Assembly: GCA_024137785.1 (NCBI GenBank)
Contig: JAHRHZ010000197.1
Span: forward strand, 341,688 to 383,602
From: Ginglymostoma cirratum
Taxonomy: Eukaryota
DNA: 41,915 nt
Direction of reading: 5' to 3'
The position numbers and the translations under genes are program-made. The notes under the pieces were generated by a model, which was not told where the DNA came from, made no database searches, and worked only from the letters and a program-made list of their open reading frames with translations. How positions within the stretch are numbered: the first letter of the stretch is position 1; each line of letters begins with the position of its first letter. Below, piece after piece: positions 37,584-41,915 of the stretch.

Positions 37584-37856
37584 CGCCTCTCAGTATACCC
37601 CCTCCAGCCTTCAGGTATTTCTTCAGATTTTCATTGCAATCCTGCTCGAGATAAGTCTTCCAGTAATGGTTGTAGGCCTTGGAACTGTCACACTGCTGTT
37701 TCATGCTTTGTGCCAATGGCTGTGCAGTTTGCCATTCCATCTTCTCCCTGTCAAAGAATAAAAAATCCTGTCCATCCCAGCTAAACTGGAAGAATGCACT
37801 TGTTTTTCCATTTTCGTGAAGGTCACAGCCCCATTTCCGCTGATAGGTATGGAATC
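37584..37856 (-). CDS. MHC class I heavy chain, alpha2 exon (nonclassical-type)
   Basis: ttggcag acceptor and G|gtgagt donor, 273 nt, phase 1/1. Translates (G)FHTYQRKWGCDLHENGKTSAFFQFSWDGQDFLFFDREKMEWQTAQPLAQSMKQQCDSSKAYNHYWKTYLEQDCNENLKKYLKAGGGILRG. Class I motifs HTxQ, GC, DGxD, W133 and YLExxC are present, and C101-C164 are 63 codons apart. Confidence 0.96.
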
Positions 37857-38128
37857 CTGCCAATCAATGAAACATAGTTCAGTTGAGCAAATATGAAATT
37901 GCCAGCAGGGTGAATACCTCTCTGTGGTGATCAGTAAATGAGGATTTTATTGTGCCTTGTAGATAATGAGTTCCATGTGATGGTGACTGGAAAGCTCTCT
38001 CTCCTGCTCCCAAAACACCAAATCACTGCCTTCTCTCTCTGGGATTTAGGCCTGGCTTCCCTTTCCCCAAGTAAAAAGTAAGCACTCAACTATTTAAGGG
38101 ACACCAGTCCAGCTCCTCAAACCACCCT

Positions 38129-41100
38129 GTAGTGATTGTAACAAGGCCAGCTAGGTGGATCTCGTAGAATATGAATTCCATGATTGGGGCTGTTGGCCTG
38201 GTCCATTCATGGGAGCTCCGGGCTGTGAGATATAAACAGGAGTGTGAGGGGTTCAATGCTATTAGGGGTATGTGTATGGTGGCAAGATATCAGGCTTCAG
38301 GAGTTAGGCCACTGATGATAAGTGGGAAAAAAAAAACATGGCCTTGAAAAGTTTTGCTTGCCACAGCTTTTTTTGAGTTGATGTAAGTGTTTCTGGCATC
38401 ATGCTACAATTTGGGAAGCTTGACTCTTTCAATCCTGCTGTTGAAGACTTGGCCCAGTATGTGGAAAGAGTGTATTATCGTTTATCCTGGGCAAATGACA
38501 TTGGTGCAGATGAAAAGCAATGAATAATTCCCTAACAGCATATAGATGCACAGCATTTTTTTATTATTAGGGGCCTAACTTTCCCTGAGCACCAGACACT
38601 GAAACCTGTCAACTCTTGAAAGGTTTAGCTAATGAATACTATGATTCCAAGCCAATTGGGGAACTCATTCTTTGAGATCCACCTGGCTGGCCTTGTTACA
38701 ATCACTTCAGTGTGGTTTGAAGAGCACCAGTGTGCTGGTGTCCCCTAGATGGGTGAGTGTTTATTTTCTTTTCATTGATTCCAAGCCTCTTCTAATTATG
38801 AGAGATGCTATTGGTTTTACTCAGCAGTTCAAGAACCAGGAGAATCTGTATCTGGATTTTTGATGTTAAGATGACTTGTGAAGGATTAATGATGTGACCA
38901 TGCAAAAGTGTCTACCAGCTGAAGTCCAGGTGAGCTTCAAACAGGCATTACAACTGGCTTTGGTGTTAGAAAAGGTGGCAACTTGAGCTTAAGTTACAGG
39001 ATATGCTGATGGAAGTGGACGCCCTCACCAGGCCAACTGAGCTTGGGAGCACAACTTTAAGGCAATTGTATAGCCTCACTTGGGGCATCTCTAAAAGGGA
39101 CTCTAGGTAGGCCCACAATAAAATGTCAAAAGAAAGCTAATATTTGGCCAAACAGTTAAAATTTTCTTGAGGATCTGGGCTGGCAGGCCACAGTAATCAC
39201 TGCTGGTATGTGGACTCAAGACAGCAAGACACCTAGAGTCCTACTAGGTCCGATGAGTGACAGAACTCATAGGTCAGTATCCAGAGAGTATACACCCTGG
39301 AAAGTCCATTTCCAGCTGGTTTGGACATTTAAATTGCTTTGCAACATCTAAATCAGAACTAATCAAACTACCACTCTGGTTAAATGGTCACCTAGTTCTA
39401 ATGGAAGTTGATACCATGTGATCAGTGATTATGGAATCAGTCTCTACCAGAAGTCACTCCAGACACCAATCATAAGGCTTGTACAAGGCTTTGGCCAGAT
39501 TGAGAGCCAAGGAAGCCCCTGCAGATTAAGGGTACAGCTCTGGTCTCTTAAAAGCAGTTGGCTCATTACCATTAATTGTAGTAAGTAGCTTAGGCCCAAG
39601 CTTCACGGGCAAGATTGAGAAAGATTTGACTTAACTGGTTCAACATCTTTCAATTAGAAAATGACTGCCTGAGTAATGTCCAAATTAAATACCTGGAAGT
39701 TTATCGGGGAGGACTAGGGATGATCAAAGGGCTAAGGCCACTATTCATGTTCACAAAGAATTCCATGATTCTACAAGGCCAGCCCAGTAGCATTTGCATT
39801 ACTGGTGGTGCTGTAATTGGAAGAATCCATTCTGGTTTTAAACTTTCTGAACCTCCTTCTGGTCACTGCTGACAATATCAGACCATGGACATCAAAAGAT
39901 CTGGTCCTGGCAAAACTAAAACAACTGGTGGCGGTGGTGGGAGACATAAAACGGCCATCACAGCCAGAATCAAAATCCTTCTGGAGCTGGTGAGACCTGA
40001 TCCCCATAGAGAATGACATATTATGGGGAGCAAGAGTTACCACCAGATACTGGCTGAACTCCTCCACTGTCATCCAGGCATTTACAAAATGAAGATGTTG
40101 GTGAGAAATTAAGTCTGGTGCCCAAGATTGGATGCCAACTTGGCCACATCAGTGGGGCAGTGTCCAGAGTGTCAGCAAGTACAAAATGTACTGTCAGCAA
40201 CTCCACCAGATTTGAGAATGGCGAGTAAACCCTGGTCTCAGTTACACATCGACTATTCCAGGCCTTTCTTCAGCCCTACGTTTTTAAGTCACTGTGGATA
40301 CCTATTAAAGGTATTTGGACATGCATAGTGTTCATTCATCAACCAGAGTGATGACTACTGAAAAGCTGCAAACTTCTTTTGCAGTACACTAACTCCCTAA
40401 GTTGGTCACAGACAATGGGCCATCATTTCCAGTAGGGAATTCCAACGTTTGCTAAAACTGACATGGTGTTCAGCATGTTAAGATAGCTCCATACCACCCA
40501 TCGTCCAATGGTCTGGCAGAAAAAGGACAGTCCAAACTCTGGAGGTAGGATTAAAGAAATGGCCTACAGCTTCACTCGCTACAAACTGTGTTGGTTCCTG
40601 CTTGATTATAAGACCATCCCTTGTGCACTAAGAGAGACAGCTCCAGAGTTGCTAATGGGGAGAAGATCTTGAGGTTGGGGGTTGAAAGTCAAAGCTGGAC
40701 AAATCTCCACTGAGAGAGAGACACCCAACCTCAGACCCTGAAGTAAATTGTACATTCCATTGTAATGGCCCTGGATGCATAAAAGGCATGACAGGTCAGG
40801 TCTTTGACATACTAACCTCATAGGTGAGGTGGTCCTGAACAAGCATGTGGACCACATGAAAGATGCAACCTCTCAAAGGGGTCAGAAGAAAAACATACCC
40901 GGCCCCTCAGAACATCCAACAAGCCTGTCAGAACCCATGGTTTTCTCCCTGTACTTAGCAAAGAAACCTGAGGAGATGGATAGAGCAATGTCGCAGCTTT
41001 GATGCTATTACCACCTGAAATAGACAAGCTTTGGCTGAGAAGCTCTGGGCACAAAAGGCAGGCCTCAGTCCAGTACGTGCTACCAGTCTGAGGCAGAGTT

Positions 41101-41170
41101 GGAGGAACTGGACCTGGTGCAAGAAAGCCCCAGGAGAAGCTACAGGAAAAACTAATGGCCCAAAGGTCCA
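38129..41170 (+). mobile_element. Decayed, internally deleted Gypsy LTR retrotransposon
   Basis: LTR-like start tgtagtg; gag MLQFGKLDSFNPAVEDLAQYVER (38401); protease VLMEVDT (~39394); integrase KPWSQLHIDY, VTDNGPSF and APYHPSSNGLAE. No RT motifs seen. Confidence 0.8.
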
Positions 41171-41274
41171 TGTGAGTACATTAACTGAGGCAGTTCAAGA
41201 ACACCACCATCTCAAAGACAACTAGGTCCAGCTGGCAATTTTGGATTTTTTTTATATCTATAAACATTCGGGAA

Positions 41275-41815
41275 TGAGGTTTCTTTCAGTTTATACAGCA
41301 AACTGGTGAGACCTCATCTGGAGTATTGGGCACAGTACTGGTCTCTAAGAATGAAAAGGCTTGGAGACAGTTTAAACGGTTTACTAGATTCCTATCTGGA
41401 ATTAGGCAGGGGTGTACCTTGAGGAATGGTTGAACAAGTTAGGCTTATATCTGCTACAGTTTACAAAGGTACATTGATTAAAACAAAGTCCTGAGGGGTC
41501 CTAGAAGGATGGACATGGAGAGGATGATCTTTTTATGGGAGAATCTAGAACTAGGGGTCACTTAAAGATAGGAGGTGCCAACTAAACAAGAGATGAGGCA
41601 TTTTTTCTTTTCCCCTCAGTCATGAGACTTCAGAACTGAATTTCCATCACTTTAACAAGAAAAAAAATCCCTTGAAGAATATTTTTAATGCAGCAGTAGT
41701 TAGATTCTTGTTGAGCAAAGGGTAGAATGTGGATTTGGGGTTACAATCATATCACTTATGACCTTACTAAATGGCAGAGTAGATTTGATGGGTCAAGTAG
41801 CCTAATCTTGCTCCT
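41275..41815 (+). mobile_element. Degenerate CR1 3' fragment
   Basis: LVRPHLEYWAQYWS motif and agaactaggggtca. Confidence 0.7.
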
Positions 41816-41819
41816 TAGA

Positions 41820-41915
41820 TAGTAGGAACTGCAGATGCTAGAGAATGAGATAACAAGGTGTAGAGCTGGATGAACACAGCAGGCCAAGCAGCATCAGAGG
41901 AGCAGGAACGCAGAC
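41820..41915. repeat. Penelope-derived short repeat (truncated by the window end)
   Basis: gataacaaggtgtagagctggatgaacacagcaggccaagcagcatcagaggagcagga is identical to 29732-29790. Confidence 0.8.

Noticed and set aside
37857-41915. Search for alpha1 and leader exons
   Set aside because: No alpha1-like motifs seen; the region is Gypsy and CR1 remnants, so these exons are presumed outside the window.

Overview
Eukaryotic (vertebrate) genomic DNA, most likely from a cartilaginous fish (shark), judging by the class I sequence style and the repeat families. The only supported host gene is an MHC class I heavy-chain gene on the minus strand. Five exons splice in phase 1 into one open frame: alpha2 (37584-37856), alpha3 (29085-29357), connecting peptide/TM (18713-18841) and two cytoplasmic exons (17830-17865, 16582-16628). 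I did not find the leader or alpha1 exons, so they probably lie beyond 41915. The alpha2 domain lacks the peptide C-terminus anchors (T143M, K146Q, W147C), so the gene looks nonclassical, and it has an extra Cys at the HLA-G Cys147 position. Most of the remaining sequence is nested, decayed mobile elements: an epsilon-like endogenous retrovirus with a 2H phosphoesterase domain after the protease, a Gmr1-like LTR element (integrase before RT), a second Gypsy element, a class III/SnRV-like RT fragment, many CR1-type LINEs, tRNA-derived SINEs, and Penelope-like elements with hammerhead ribozyme motifs. A 400-N assembly gap lies at 16099-16498. All calls come from reading the sequence by eye; element boundaries without a stated TSD are approximate.
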